Assembly (NCBI GenBank): GCA_002422795.1
Contig: DITJ01000004.1
Location: forward strand, 31,329 to 95,328
Direction of reading: 5' to 3'
DNA from: Alphaproteobacteria bacterium UBA6187
GTDB lineage: Bacteria > Pseudomonadota > Alphaproteobacteria > Rickettsiales > UBA6187
Length of the DNA: 64,000 nt
The first letter of the stretch is position 1; each line of letters starts with the position of its first letter. Under the pieces are notes generated by a model. It had not been told where the DNA came from. It ran no database searches and saw nothing but the letters and a program-made list of their open reading frames with translations. The position numbers and the translations under genes were made by a program. This document shows, piece after piece, positions 48,150 through 57,669 of this stretch.

Positions 48150-49260
48150 CCATATTTATATGGATAATAATGCAACCGTTGTAACAAGCCAAAAAGTGCT
48201 TGCTGCAATGCAAGAACTGCACGGCTTGCCACTTAATGCTTCTTCTATACATGCATCCGGCAGAAGGGCGCGTGGCTTACTGGAAGCGGTAAGGGAAAGG
48301 ATAGCGGCACTTACAAATTGCGGCAATGCCAGAATTGTATTTACAGCATCGGGCACAGAAAGCAACAACATGGCGCTTCGGGGGCTTGCTGGTTATAAAG
48401 TGCTGGTATCGGCTGTTGAACATGCATCAATACGCAAAATTGGTGTGCATGAGGGTGAAATAGCAGTAAACGGTGATGGTGTGGTTGATATTGCCGCGCT
48501 TTGCCAACAGCTTCGGAATTATAAGGATGGTAAATTTCTAGTATCTGTAATGCTGGCTAATAATGAAACCGGGGTAATCCAGCCGATAAAGGAAATTGCT
48601 GAAATAGTCCATGCGCATGGCGGCTTAATACACACTGATGCGGTGCAAGCTTTTGGTAAAATAAATGTGGATATGGCAGCGCTGGGCGCGGATATGCTTA
48701 CAATATCAGCGCATAAATTTGGTGGCCCACAAGGTGCTGCGGCATTGATTTTTAAAAAAGGCGCGAAGCTGGAATCGATTATTATGGGCGGCGGCCAAGA
48801 GCAAGGATACCGCGCAGGCACCGAAAATGTGCTTGCGATACATGGGTTTGGCGCAGCGGCTTTAGAGGCTACGGAATCGCTGGAAAATTCTGATAATATC
48901 GCCAGGATTCGTGATAAGATTGAAACGGAGATAAAAAATATTGCGCCTGATGCGGTAATATTCGGGCAAAGTGCTATAAGGCTTCCCAATACAAGTATGA
49001 TTGCGATGCCTTATGTGCCATCTGGAACGCAAGTTATGCATTTTGATATGGAAAGCATTGCGGTGAGTGCGGGTTCAGCCTGTTCTTCTGGCAAGGTTGA
49101 AGTATCACATGTTTTGCTGGCAATGGGCGTGCCTGAGAATTTGGCAAAATGTGCAATAAGGGTAAGCCTTGGTATTAATAATACAATTGATGATGCAGAA
49201 AAATTTGTAATTGCCTGGAAAAAGCTTTATGAGAGAGCTGGAATAAAAAGGGCAGCATGA
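48136..49260 (+). CDS. cysteine desulfurase, NifS-like paralog
   Basis: Class V aminotransferase with the PLP lysine in SAHKFGGPQG and the active-site Cys in SAGSACSSG. Start set to ATG 48136. Confidence 0.85.
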   Translation: MLKDSHIYMDNNATVVTSQKVLAAMQELHGLPLNASSIHASGRRARGLLEAVRERIAALTNCGNARIVFTASGTESNNMALRGLAGYKVLVSAVEHASIRKIGVHEGEIAVNGDGVVDIAALCQQLRNYKDGKFLVSVMLANNETGVIQPIKEIAEIVHAHGGLIHTDAVQAFGKINVDMAALGADMLTISAHKFGGPQGAAALIFKKGAKLESIIMGGGQEQGYRAGTENVLAIHGFGAAALEATESLENSDNIARIRDKIETEIKNIAPDAVIFGQSAIRLPNTSMIAMPYVPSGTQVMHFDMESIAVSAGSACSSGKVEVSHVLLAMGVPENLAKCAIRVSLGINNTIDDAEKFVIAWKKLYERAGIKRAA

Positions 49261-49262
49261 AA

Positions 49263-49361
49263 GGAGTGATAAGTAGTAAGTGTTAAGTGTCTATTAAACT
49301 TAGGTTTGTATTGTTGTTAATCTGAGTTCGCTAGCCACTAGCCACTTACCACTTACCACTC
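49263..49361. repeat. repeat-arm hairpin (GTAAGTG / TAGCCAC-TTACCAC)
   Basis: ggagtgataagtagtaagtgttaagtg faces ctagccactagccacttaccacttaccactc. Confidence 0.7.
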
Positions 49362-49378
49362 TCTTAACGGAGAAAGTG

Positions 49379-50602
49379 ATGAACGCTAATATAAAACTAC
49401 CAATATACATGGACTACCAGGCCACAACGCCTATGGACCCGCGTGTATTTGAAGCGATGACACCATATTTTATGGAAAAATTCGGCAACCCGCATTCCAG
49501 CGGCCATAAATTTGGCTGGGAAGCGGAAGCTGCAACTGACCTTGCGCGTGAGCAGGTGGCAGCGTTAATCGGCGCGAATGAAAAAGAAATCATTTTCACT
49601 TCAGGCGCAACTGAATCGAACAACCTTGCTATAAAAGGTATTGCAAAATTTTATGGTGATAAGAAAAACCATATAATCACCGTGGTAACTGAGCATAAAT
49701 GCGTGCTTGATACCTGCCGCCACTTAGAGCGTGAGGGTATGAATGTTACATATCTGCCAGTGCAGAAAAACGGCCTGATTGACCTTGCTGAGCTTGAAAA
49801 AGCTATCACTGATAAAACAGTTTTAATATCGGTAATGGCGGTTAATAACGAAATTGGTGTTATCCAGCCACTCAAGGAAATTGGCGCGCTTTGCCGCAAA
49901 TACGGAGCGTTTTTCCATACAGATGCCGCGCAAGGCTTCGGCAAGATACCTCTTGATGTTGAGGAAATGAACATCGATTTGATGAGCATTTCCGGCCATA
50001 AAATTTATGGGCCAAAAGGTATTGGCGCTTTATTTGTAAGGCGTAAACCAAGGGTTCGCCTTATACCGATTATAAATGGCGGTGGGCAGGAACGCGGTTT
50101 CCGTTCTGGTACACTTCCAACCCCATTAGTGGTGGGTTTGGGCGAGGCAGCGCGCCTTGCTAAAATTGAAATGGTGGAAGAAAATAAACGCCTTACCTAT
50201 TTAAGCGGCAAGCTTTATGATAATATAATGGCTAAAGCTAAGGATGTTTTCTTAAATGGCGATAAAGAACATCGCATAGCTGGCAATTTGAATTTAAGTT
50301 TTGCCTATATTGAAGGTGAATCAATGATTATGGCTATTAAAACCCTGGCAGTAAGTTCAGGTTCGGCATGCACATCATCAAGCCTTGAGCCTTCTTATGT
50401 TCTGCGCTCAATCGGTGTGGGTGAGGAACTGGCGCATACTTCCATAAGGTTCGGCATAGGCCGCTTTACAACAGAAGCCGAAATTGATTATGCAATTGAA
50501 ATTGTTACCGGCTCTATCGATAAGCTCAGGGAAATGAGTCCTTTATGGGAAATGGTTCAGGAAGGAATTGATATTGAGAAGATTGAGTGGGCAGCTCATT
50601 AG
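49379..50602 (+). CDS. iscS: cysteine desulfurase IscS
   Basis: [34 protein letters not shown], and the C-terminal IEWAAH. Confidence 0.95.
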   Translation: MNANIKLPIYMDYQATTPMDPRVFEAMTPYFMEKFGNPHSSGHKFGWEAEAATDLAREQVAALIGANEKEIIFTSGATESNNLAIKGIAKFYGDKKNHIITVVTEHKCVLDTCRHLEREGMNVTYLPVQKNGLIDLAELEKAITDKTVLISVMAVNNEIGVIQPLKEIGALCRKYGAFFHTDAAQGFGKIPLDVEEMNIDLMSISGHKIYGPKGIGALFVRRKPRVRLIPIINGGGQERGFRSGTLPTPLVVGLGEAARLAKIEMVEENKRLTYLSGKLYDNIMAKAKDVFLNGDKEHRIAGNLNLSFAYIEGESMIMAIKTLAVSSGSACTSSSLEPSYVLRSIGVGEELAHTSIRFGIGRFTTEAEIDYAIEIVTGSIDKLREMSPLWEMVQEGIDIEKIEWAAH

Positions 50603-50647
50603 GATTTAAGATTTATACTTTTAATCTTAAATCTTAAATTTTAAATC
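50602..50647. repeat. repeat-arm hairpin, TTAAGAT family
   Basis: ggatttaagattta faces taatcttaaatcttaaattttaaatc. It starts at the iscS stop codon. Confidence 0.7.
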
Positions 50648-50691
50648 TAAAATTTTCTAAGCCCGTAAACGTAAATATTGGAGATAAAACA

Positions 50692-51066
50692 TTGGCTTAC
50701 AGCGAAAAAGTAATCGATCACTACGAAAACCCGCGCAATGTGGGTTCTTTTGGTAAAGAAGAATCAGGCATAGGCACAGGGCTTGTTGGCGCGCCAGCTT
50801 GTGGTGACGTTATGAAATTACAGATAAAAGTAAAAGATGGCATAATTGAAGATGCTAAATTTAAAACTTTCGGCTGTGGTTCTGCGATTGCATCATCATC
50901 ACTTATAACCGAGATGGTAAAGGGCAAGTCCTTAGAAGATGCTGGCAAAATAAAGAATTTAGAGATAGCGCAAGAATTATCACTGCCGCCTGTAAAGATT
51001 CACTGCTCAGTTTTAGCAGAAGATGCGATTAAGGCCGCGATTGAGGATTATAAGAAGAATAATTAA
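50692..51066 (+). CDS. iscU: Fe-S cluster scaffold IscU
   Basis: TTG start with GGAGA 8 nt upstream. (M)AYSEKVIDHYENPRNVG, GAPACGDVM, FKTFGCGSAIASSS and PPVKIHCSVLAEDA. Confidence 0.95.
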   Translation: MAYSEKVIDHYENPRNVGSFGKEESGIGTGLVGAPACGDVMKLQIKVKDGIIEDAKFKTFGCGSAIASSSLITEMVKGKSLEDAGKIKNLEIAQELSLPPVKIHCSVLAEDAIKAAIEDYKKNN

Positions 51067-51073
51067 TTAGTTG

Positions 51074-51146
51074 TCAGAGTTTAGAATTCAGAGTTCAGTG
51101 TTACGGCTGACTTTTCTGAACTCTGAATTCTGAATTCTGGACTCTA
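51074..51146. repeat. repeat-arm hairpin, TCAGAGT family
   Basis: tcagagtttagaattcagagttcag faces ctgaactctgaattctgaattctggactcta. It ends 5 nt before the iscA ATG. Confidence 0.85.
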
Positions 51147-51151
51147 AATAT

Positions 51152-51502
51152 ATGGCAAAAGCACCAATAAACATCACAGAAACAGCCGCAATACGCATCC
51201 AGGCATTATTAGAGCAGCGGGGCAAGCCTTCTGCCGGAATAAAGGTTGGCGTGCGTTCTGGCGGCTGTTCTGGCCTGGCCTATACAATTGAATACGCCGA
51301 TGAAATTGGCCCTTATGATGAAGTGGTGGCGTATCCTGATAGCACAGATACAAAATTTAAGGTGTTAATTGACCCTAAAGCGATAATGTATATTATCGGC
51401 ACGAATATGGATTATATAGAAGGCAAAATGAAATCTGGTTTTGAATTCGTAAATCCAAATGAAAAAGGTCGCTGCGGTTGCGGTGAGAGTTTTAATGTTT
51501 GA
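51152..51502 (+). CDS. iscA: iron-sulfur cluster insertion protein (IscA/HesB family)
   Basis: GGCSGLAY and the C-terminal CGCGESF. Confidence 0.9.
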   Translation: MAKAPINITETAAIRIQALLEQRGKPSAGIKVGVRSGGCSGLAYTIEYADEIGPYDEVVAYPDSTDTKFKVLIDPKAIMYIIGTNMDYIEGKMKSGFEFVNPNEKGRCGCGESFNV

Positions 51503-51600
51503 GGAGAGTGTGGGAGTGTAAGAGTGTAAGAATGTAAGTGAAAGACTAAGGATGAATTCTAAATTTCTTTTACTTACACTCTTACATTCTTACACTCTCC
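51501..51600. repeat. repeat-arm hairpin, GAGTGTAA (8-nt) family
   Basis: gaggagagtgtgggagtgtaagagtgtaagaatgtaagtg faces cttttacttacactcttacattcttacactctcc. It begins within the iscA stop codon and ends 9 nt before the hscB ATG. Confidence 0.85.
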
Positions 51601-51609
51601 TTAATACTA

Positions 51610-52200
51610 ATGACTATAAAATGCTGGAACTGCAATACTCCATTAGGTGCAACAGATTTATTCTGCCAACTTTGCGCAAAAATCCAGCCGCCAGCGCAAA
51701 CCGATCATTTCACCCGCCTTTCCATGCCACATGATTTCGACCTTGGCATAAAAAAGCTTGAAGTTGCTTATTTTTCCATGCAGACAAAACTCCACCCCGA
51801 CCGCTTTACTGCTAAAAGCGAAAAGGAAAAACTATTTTCCATGCAGCAATCAATGAGTGTGAACGAGGCTTATGAGGCACTAAAAAGCCCGCTTAGCCGC
51901 GCCGAATATTTATTGAAACTTGAAGGCATAATTGTTAATGCAGATAATAGCACAGTAAAGCCATCGCAGGAATTATTGATGGAAAGCCTTGAGGCGCGTG
52001 AGGCATTATCTAATGCAAAAACACCGGAAGATATAAGGCAGATTACCATTGAAAATATGGAACACCGCCTTGAAGCAATAGATTCAATAAAGCAGAATTT
52101 TATTGATAGAAAATTTGAAGATGCAGCACAAAATACTATAAGGCTGCGTTATTTAGAAAAATTAAATGAGGAGATAAAAAGGGAGGGGACAAAGGGATAA
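51610..52200 (+). CDS. hscB: Fe-S protein assembly co-chaperone HscB (with N-terminal Cys4 finger)
   Basis: CWNC...CQLC, a J-domain with the LHPD motif, and a C-terminal helical bundle. Confidence 0.85.
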   Translation: MTIKCWNCNTPLGATDLFCQLCAKIQPPAQTDHFTRLSMPHDFDLGIKKLEVAYFSMQTKLHPDRFTAKSEKEKLFSMQQSMSVNEAYEALKSPLSRAEYLLKLEGIIVNADNSTVKPSQELLMESLEAREALSNAKTPEDIRQITIENMEHRLEAIDSIKQNFIDRKFEDAAQNTIRLRYLEKLNEEIKREGTKG

Positions 52201-52313
52201 GGGAATAAGGGATTAAGAGAGAAAGAAAAGGGAAAGGGAGAAGAGAATCCTTACTAATACCTTGTCAATTTACCTTAATCCCTTAATCCCTTATTCCCTT
52301 ATCCCTTTGTCCC
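52186..52313. repeat. repeat-arm hairpin, ATAAGGGA (8-nt) family, 32-bp perfect arms
   Basis: gggacaaagggataagggaataagggattaag (52186..52217, including the last hscB codons and the stop) is the perfect reverse complement of part of 52273..52313. Confidence 0.9.
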
Positions 52314-52322
52314 TTCACTGCT

Positions 52323-54179
52323 ATGTTATTACAAATCCATGAACCAGGCCAAACACCCCTGCCACACGAAAATGATGATGAAATTGCTATAGGCATAGAC
52401 CTTGGCACAACCAATTCGCTTGTGGCATTTGCAAAAGATGGCAAACCGGAAGTTATGGCCGATGAGCAGGGTAATTTCCTGCACCCATCTATAGTTAGCT
52501 ATTTAGAAAATGGTGCAGTTGTAACTGGTCATGCAGCAAAAATCGGGAACGGACAGGTTATAAGTTCCATAAAGCGGCTGATGGGTAAGGGTGCGGGCGA
52601 CGTAAAAAAAATCTCCGGCCAGTTACCATATAAAATTGCTGCAAGTGAAGGAATGGTAAGGCTGGATATTGGGGGCAAGAAACTTACCCCCGTGGAAATA
52701 TCATCAGAAATTTTAAAATCCCTAAAGAAGATTGCTGAAAAAGCATTAAGCAAAGAAATATCAAAAGCGGTGATTACTGTTCCGGCATATTTTGATGACT
52801 CCGCCCGCACTGCCACGCGGGATGCCGCAAGGCTTGCCGGTATGGAAGTTTTGCGCCTGGTAAATGAACCAACGGCAGCAGCGCTTGCTTATGGGCTGGA
52901 TAAAGGGGCGGAAGGTATTTATGCCATATATGATTTGGGCGGTGGCACGTTTGATATATCCATATTAAAAATGGAAAAAGGTGTATTTCAGGTACTTGCA
53001 ACTGGCGGCACTATCGAGATTGGCGGCGATGATTTCGACCGCGAAGTTGCCGAAATTTTCCTATGGCAATGCCGTAATATTTCTGGAAGCAGCCTTAACC
53101 CTTCCGAATTAGAACTTAAAGAATTACTAAAAACCGCACGAAAAGCCAAAGAATATTTGAGCGAAAATGAAGATGGTGAGTTTGCAGTTACTATTTCCGG
53201 GCAGAAATTTACAGCAAAAATCAGCCGCACAGAACTAGAAAAAGCCATGCAGCCATATATAAGTGCAACACTTGATATTTCCGAGCAAGTGCTGGTTGAC
53301 GCGGATGTAACCCGTGATGAAATTAAAGGTGTGGTGCTAGTGGGCGGCTCCACCCGCGCGCCGCTGGTACGCGCCTATGTAAAAAATATATTGGGCAAAG
53401 AGCCGCTGATTGATATCGACCCTGATAAAGTAGTTGCCGAAGGCGCGGCTCTCCAGGCCGAAGGGCTAACGCGTGGTTCTGATAATTTATTGCTGGATGT
53501 AATTCCGCTATCGCTAGGCTTAGAAACTATGGGCGGACTGGTGGAAAAAGTAATCCACCGCAATACCCCGATACCGGTTTCAAAAGCGCAAGAATTCACC
53601 ACCTATCAGGATGGGCAAACCGGTATGGTGATCCATGTTGTGCAGGGTGAACGTGAAATGACCCAGCAAAACCGCTCGCTGGCAAAATTTGAGTTAAAAA
53701 ACATTCCGGCAATGAAAGCCGGCATTGCGCGTATTAAGGTTGTTTTTGCTGTGGATGCTGACGGACTGCTTACTGTTAGCGCATTGGAAGAAACAACCGG
53801 AACCCGCCAAACAATTGAAGTGAAGCCTTCTTATGGCCTAAGCCATGAAGAAATAAAAGAAATGTTATATGCTTCTATGGAACATGGCAGGGATGATATG
53901 GCGATGCGTCTTTTAGCGGAGGCGAAAATTGAAGCGCAAAGGCTTATAATAGCTCTTGATAGCAGCATTAAAGATGATTCCGATTTACTTTCAACAAGTG
54001 AACTTAGTGATATTAATAGACTGAAGAACAAGTTACAGGAAAGCCTGCAAGGTGAGGATAGGGAATTGATTCTTGCAAATAATAAGAAACTCGAAGAAAT
54101 ATCCACAGATTTTGCCTCAAACATAATGAACAAACATATTGCCGCTTCCTTAAAGGGAAGGCGGATTGAGGAGTGTTGA
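52323..54179 (+). CDS. hscA: Fe-S protein assembly chaperone HscA (Hsp70 family)
   Basis: IGIDLGTTNS, DLGGGTFD and VLVGGSTRAP. Confidence 0.95.
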   Translation: MLLQIHEPGQTPLPHENDDEIAIGIDLGTTNSLVAFAKDGKPEVMADEQGNFLHPSIVSYLENGAVVTGHAAKIGNGQVISSIKRLMGKGAGDVKKISGQLPYKIAASEGMVRLDIGGKKLTPVEISSEILKSLKKIAEKALSKEISKAVITVPAYFDDSARTATRDAARLAGMEVLRLVNEPTAAALAYGLDKGAEGIYAIYDLGGGTFDISILKMEKGVFQVLATGGTIEIGGDDFDREVAEIFLWQCRNISGSSLNPSELELKELLKTARKAKEYLSENEDGEFAVTISGQKFTAKISRTELEKAMQPYISATLDISEQVLVDADVTRDEIKGVVLVGGSTRAPLVRAYVKNILGKEPLIDIDPDKVVAEGAALQAEGLTRGSDNLLLDVIPLSLGLETMGGLVEKVIHRNTPIPVSKAQEFTTYQDGQTGMVIHVVQGEREMTQQNRSLAKFELKNIPAMKAGIARIKVVFAVDADGLLTVSALEETTGTRQTIEVKPSYGLSHEEIKEMLYASMEHGRDDMAMRLLAEAKIEAQRLIIALDSSIKDDSDLLSTSELSDINRLKNKLQESLQGEDRELILANNKKLEEISTDFASNIMNKHIAASLKGRRIEEC

Positions 54180-54180
54180 T

Positions 54181-54240
54181 TTAGGGGTGGTTAGTGGTCA
54201 GTAAAGAGCAGTGTAAACAACGCTTAACACTTATCGCTCC
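54181..54240. repeat. weak repeat-arm hairpin related to the 49263 element
   Basis: ggtggttagtggtcagt faces cgcttaacacttatcgctcc at about 70% complementarity. The arm sequences resemble those at 49263..49361. Confidence 0.35.
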
Positions 54241-54377
54241 TTGGATTACTACTCCTTGACTTGCCACAAATATAAAACTACCTGATGACAAGGCAAAGAA
54301 ATGCTGTTAAAGACTTTATATAATCTGGCCAGTGGGTTGGGAATTATAAGTTTTGTCTGTTTAAATATCTGGTAAAG

Positions 54378-56570
54378 ATGCGTATTATCTATGCAATATT
54401 GTTGATTTTATCTGCGGCAGCAGTGCCTGCTTTGTCGCGCGATGCATATGCGCAGTCTGCTCCTTCCCTTAATTCAAATGGGATAACAAACACCCCAGCA
54501 CTTATAAAAGCTGAAACAATTACCTATGATACCGAAAATGCTATTGTAACCGCTATCGGTAATGTAGAAATTACGCAAGGCAAGCGGATATTACTTGCTG
54601 ATAGCCTTACTTACGACAAAGATAATAATATTGTAAATGCACATGGAAATATCAGCTTGCTTGAACCAGGCGGTACTGTGATATTTTCTGATCATGTGGA
54701 GTTACGGGATGATTTAAAAACCGGAATAGTAGAAAATTTCAGCGCACGTTTTTCTGATAATTCCTTAGTGGCTGCAAATAGCGGCGAGCGTATTGATGAA
54801 GATAAGATTGTAATCAAGCAGGTTGTATATTCGCCATGCCCGTTATGCAAGGAAACACCGGATAAAGATCCTTTATGGCAAGTATCTGCAAAAGAAGCGA
54901 CTATTGATAGTAAAGACCAGAGGGTTATTTATAATAATGCTTTCTTTGAAATATATGGCGTACCAACTCTTTATACCCCTTATTTTTCTCATCCTACACC
55001 TGATGCAGATAGAAAAAGCGGTTTCCTGATACCTAAATACACGCATGACGGAATTTTCGGAACTTCGGTAAAAACGCCATATTACTACAATATTGCACCA
55101 AATATGGATGCCACTATTTCCCCAACTTTTACTGCTAATGAAGGAGGAATACTTGCAGGTGAGTTCAGGCACCTTGTTCCTGAGGGGGAGTATTTCTTGA
55201 AAGGCAGTATAACTAACCCTGAAAAGGTTGATGCATCGGGTAATAAAATTGACGGTCATGATGTGCGCAGCCATATAGAGGGTAAGGGGGAATTTGCAAT
55301 AAATGACTCATGGAACTGGGGTTTTCAAGGCAAAAGGGCATCGGATGATACATATCTTAAGAGGTATAATTTCGGTGACGAGGATGTTTTAACCTCAAGC
55401 CTTCATGCTAACAAGATTGAGAACAGGGACCATATTTTAATTAATACTATTTCATTCCAGGGGCTGAAAACCACCGATGATCCTGGGGAAACGCCGCTTA
55501 TATTGCCTTATGCAGAATCCCACACAGAGCGAAGTATCGGGGAGAGTGGGGCAAGGGCAGCACTTGATACAAATATACTGGCTTTAACCAGGGATGAGGG
55601 AGCAAGCAGCAACAGAATATCTTTAAAAGGCACCGTTTCGCAGCCATATATCACAAAATCCGGGAGTGTTTTTGAAGCTGCCGCATCGCTACGCGGGGAT
55701 GGTTATGTTGTAAATGATGTGGAAGATCCTTCAAACCCGGCAAATACCCTAGATGGTTATGAAGAAAGGGTAATACCTGAGGCTAATTTGAAGTGGTCTT
55801 TGCCTATGGTAAAGAAAGGGGGGGAGCGCCATTATTTAATTGAGCCTATTACAAATTTTATTGTTAGCCCAAATGGTGGCAATCCTGATAAAATCCCTAA
55901 TGAAGATAGCCAGGACATAGAATTTTCTGCCGAAAACCTATTCGAAAATAACCATTTTTCCGGCTATGACAGGATAGAGCATGGGCCAAGGGTGAATTAT
56001 GGACTCAGGACAAGTGTAAGTGATTATAAAAAGGGAGATGTGAATTTCCTGTTCGGACAAAGCTACAGGGCGAATGAAAATCCTGATTTTAGCGTGCCGA
56101 GCGGTCTTTCTGATAACCTGTCTGACTATGTAGGAAAATTAAGTTATAATAAAAATGATATTTTTGATGTTGCATATAAGTTCAGGTTTGATAAGGATAG
56201 TTTTGCCATAAGAAATAATACTGTGTCTGGAACGGTAAATTATGCCCCGGTACGCTTTACAATGGATTATGTGGCAATTAATGAAAATTCTGCCGCAACC
56301 TTATCAACCACAGCGCCGGATGAGAACCGTGAAGTTATAATAGCCGGAACAAATATTGACCTTAGTGAGAAATGGGAATTCGAAGCCAATGGAAACAGGA
56401 ACCTTGCAAGTGGTGAGTGGGTTTCTACAAAAAGTGGTTTTGTGTATAAGGGCGCGTGTGTAGACTTCTCACTGAATTGGTTAAGGGAATATACAAGGGA
56501 TCGTGATATACAGCCAAACAGCACCTTTTCGTTCCAGGTTAATTTGAAGAATATGGGGCAACGTAATTAA
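54378..56570 (+). CDS. lptD: LPS-assembly protein LptD
   Basis: 730 aa with a signal peptide, an N-terminal OstA-like domain (ITYDTENAIVTAIGNVEI) and a large beta-barrel. Upstream of surA. Confidence 0.9.
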   Translation: MRIIYAILLILSAAAVPALSRDAYAQSAPSLNSNGITNTPALIKAETITYDTENAIVTAIGNVEITQGKRILLADSLTYDKDNNIVNAHGNISLLEPGGTVIFSDHVELRDDLKTGIVENFSARFSDNSLVAANSGERIDEDKIVIKQVVYSPCPLCKETPDKDPLWQVSAKEATIDSKDQRVIYNNAFFEIYGVPTLYTPYFSHPTPDADRKSGFLIPKYTHDGIFGTSVKTPYYYNIAPNMDATISPTFTANEGGILAGEFRHLVPEGEYFLKGSITNPEKVDASGNKIDGHDVRSHIEGKGEFAINDSWNWGFQGKRASDDTYLKRYNFGDEDVLTSSLHANKIENRDHILINTISFQGLKTTDDPGETPLILPYAESHTERSIGESGARAALDTNILALTRDEGASSNRISLKGTVSQPYITKSGSVFEAAASLRGDGYVVNDVEDPSNPANTLDGYEERVIPEANLKWSLPMVKKGGERHYLIEPITNFIVSPNGGNPDKIPNEDSQDIEFSAENLFENNHFSGYDRIEHGPRVNYGLRTSVSDYKKGDVNFLFGQSYRANENPDFSVPSGLSDNLSDYVGKLSYNKNDIFDVAYKFRFDKDSFAIRNNTVSGTVNYAPVRFTMDYVAINENSAATLSTTAPDENREVIIAGTNIDLSEKWEFEANGNRNLASGEWVSTKSGFVYKGACVDFSLNWLREYTRDRDIQPNSTFSFQVNLKNMGQRN

Positions 56571-56584
56571 GATTGGAATTTAAA

Positions 56585-57577
56585 ATGATAAAAATTAAAA
56601 AAACAATGTCGAGGATAGGCATTATACGAAATTTACATTTAATTGGATTTATTATTTTGCTAGCTTCTGCTTTGCCCGCAATGGCACAAAAAGAGCTTGG
56701 TATTGCAGCTATAGTAAATAACAGCGCTATATCTACCGTAGATCTTAGGGAGCGTATGGGAATCGCCATGTTTGCCTCTAACCTTCCAAAAGGAAAAGGG
56801 TTTGAAGAGAAACTGCTTCCACAAGTGCTCCGTAACCTTATCGACGAACGCATTTATCTGAAGGAAGCTGAAAATCTTGGTATTGAAATCAGCAAGGAGG
56901 ATATAGGCAGGGTGGTTGCCGATATAGAAAAAAGAAACGGTATTCAGCCCGGCAAATTCGAGCAATATATGAATTTGAATGGAGCTTCTTATAGCTCGAT
57001 GATCGATCAAATAAGAGCGCAGCTTACCTGGAATAAAATAATAGCAAAGAAAATCCGCCCGCAAGTTAATGTAACAGATAAGGAAATAGCTGAGAAAATA
57101 GAGTATATTTCAAACCAGGCAGGGGCTGAGGAGGCTAATATTTCAGAAATATTATTACTTGTTGATTCTGAAAACGAAGATAAAAAAATCAAAGACCTGG
57201 CTAATAAACTGATAGGGCAGCTTCGGAAGGGCGGGGATTTTAATAAAATCGCCAAGCAATTTTCAAAAGCTTCTACGGCAGAAAATGGTGGTGATATTGG
57301 TTGGATAAGGGTAGCACAACTTCCTGATGAACTTTCCGGCCTTGTGAAAAATATGCAGGCTGGTGAAGTATCTGACCCTATCAAAACTACAGAAGGCTAT
57401 GCTGTAGTAAAACTGAAGGAAAAACGAACAACCGCAGCCCTTGATAAAGATGCGGCATCTAACGTGGAGCTAAAAAATAAAATACGTGAAAACTTAATGA
57501 TGAAAAAAATGGAAATTCGCGCTAACAAATATTTACGCGAATTGCGCCGTGGTGCATTTATTGAAGTGAGGATTTGA
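56585..57577 (+). CDS. surA: SurA-like periplasmic chaperone / parvulin PPIase
   Basis: Signal peptide (…ALPAMAQ), a SurA N-terminal domain and one parvulin domain (GGDIGWI...GEVSDPIKTTEGY). ATG 56585 was preferred over TTG 56573. Confidence 0.85.
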   Translation: MIKIKKTMSRIGIIRNLHLIGFIILLASALPAMAQKELGIAAIVNNSAISTVDLRERMGIAMFASNLPKGKGFEEKLLPQVLRNLIDERIYLKEAENLGIEISKEDIGRVVADIEKRNGIQPGKFEQYMNLNGASYSSMIDQIRAQLTWNKIIAKKIRPQVNVTDKEIAEKIEYISNQAGAEEANISEILLLVDSENEDKKIKDLANKLIGQLRKGGDFNKIAKQFSKASTAENGGDIGWIRVAQLPDELSGLVKNMQAGEVSDPIKTTEGYAVVKLKEKRTTAALDKDAASNVELKNKIRENLMMKKMEIRANKYLRELRRGAFIEVRI

Positions 57578-57582
57578 AGTAA

Positions 57583-57660
57583 TTTTAGATTTAAGAAGTA
57601 AGATTTAAGATTTACGAATCATAAATCATAAATCATAAATCATAAATCATAAATCTTAAA
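57583..57660. repeat. repeat-arm hairpin, TTAAGAT family, with an (ATCATAA)x5 microsatellite arm
   Basis: ttttagatttaagaagtaagatttaagattta faces aatcataaatcataaatcataaatcataaatcataaatcttaaa. It ends 9 nt before the rsmA ATG. Confidence 0.8.
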
Positions 57661-57669
57661 TGTATTTTT

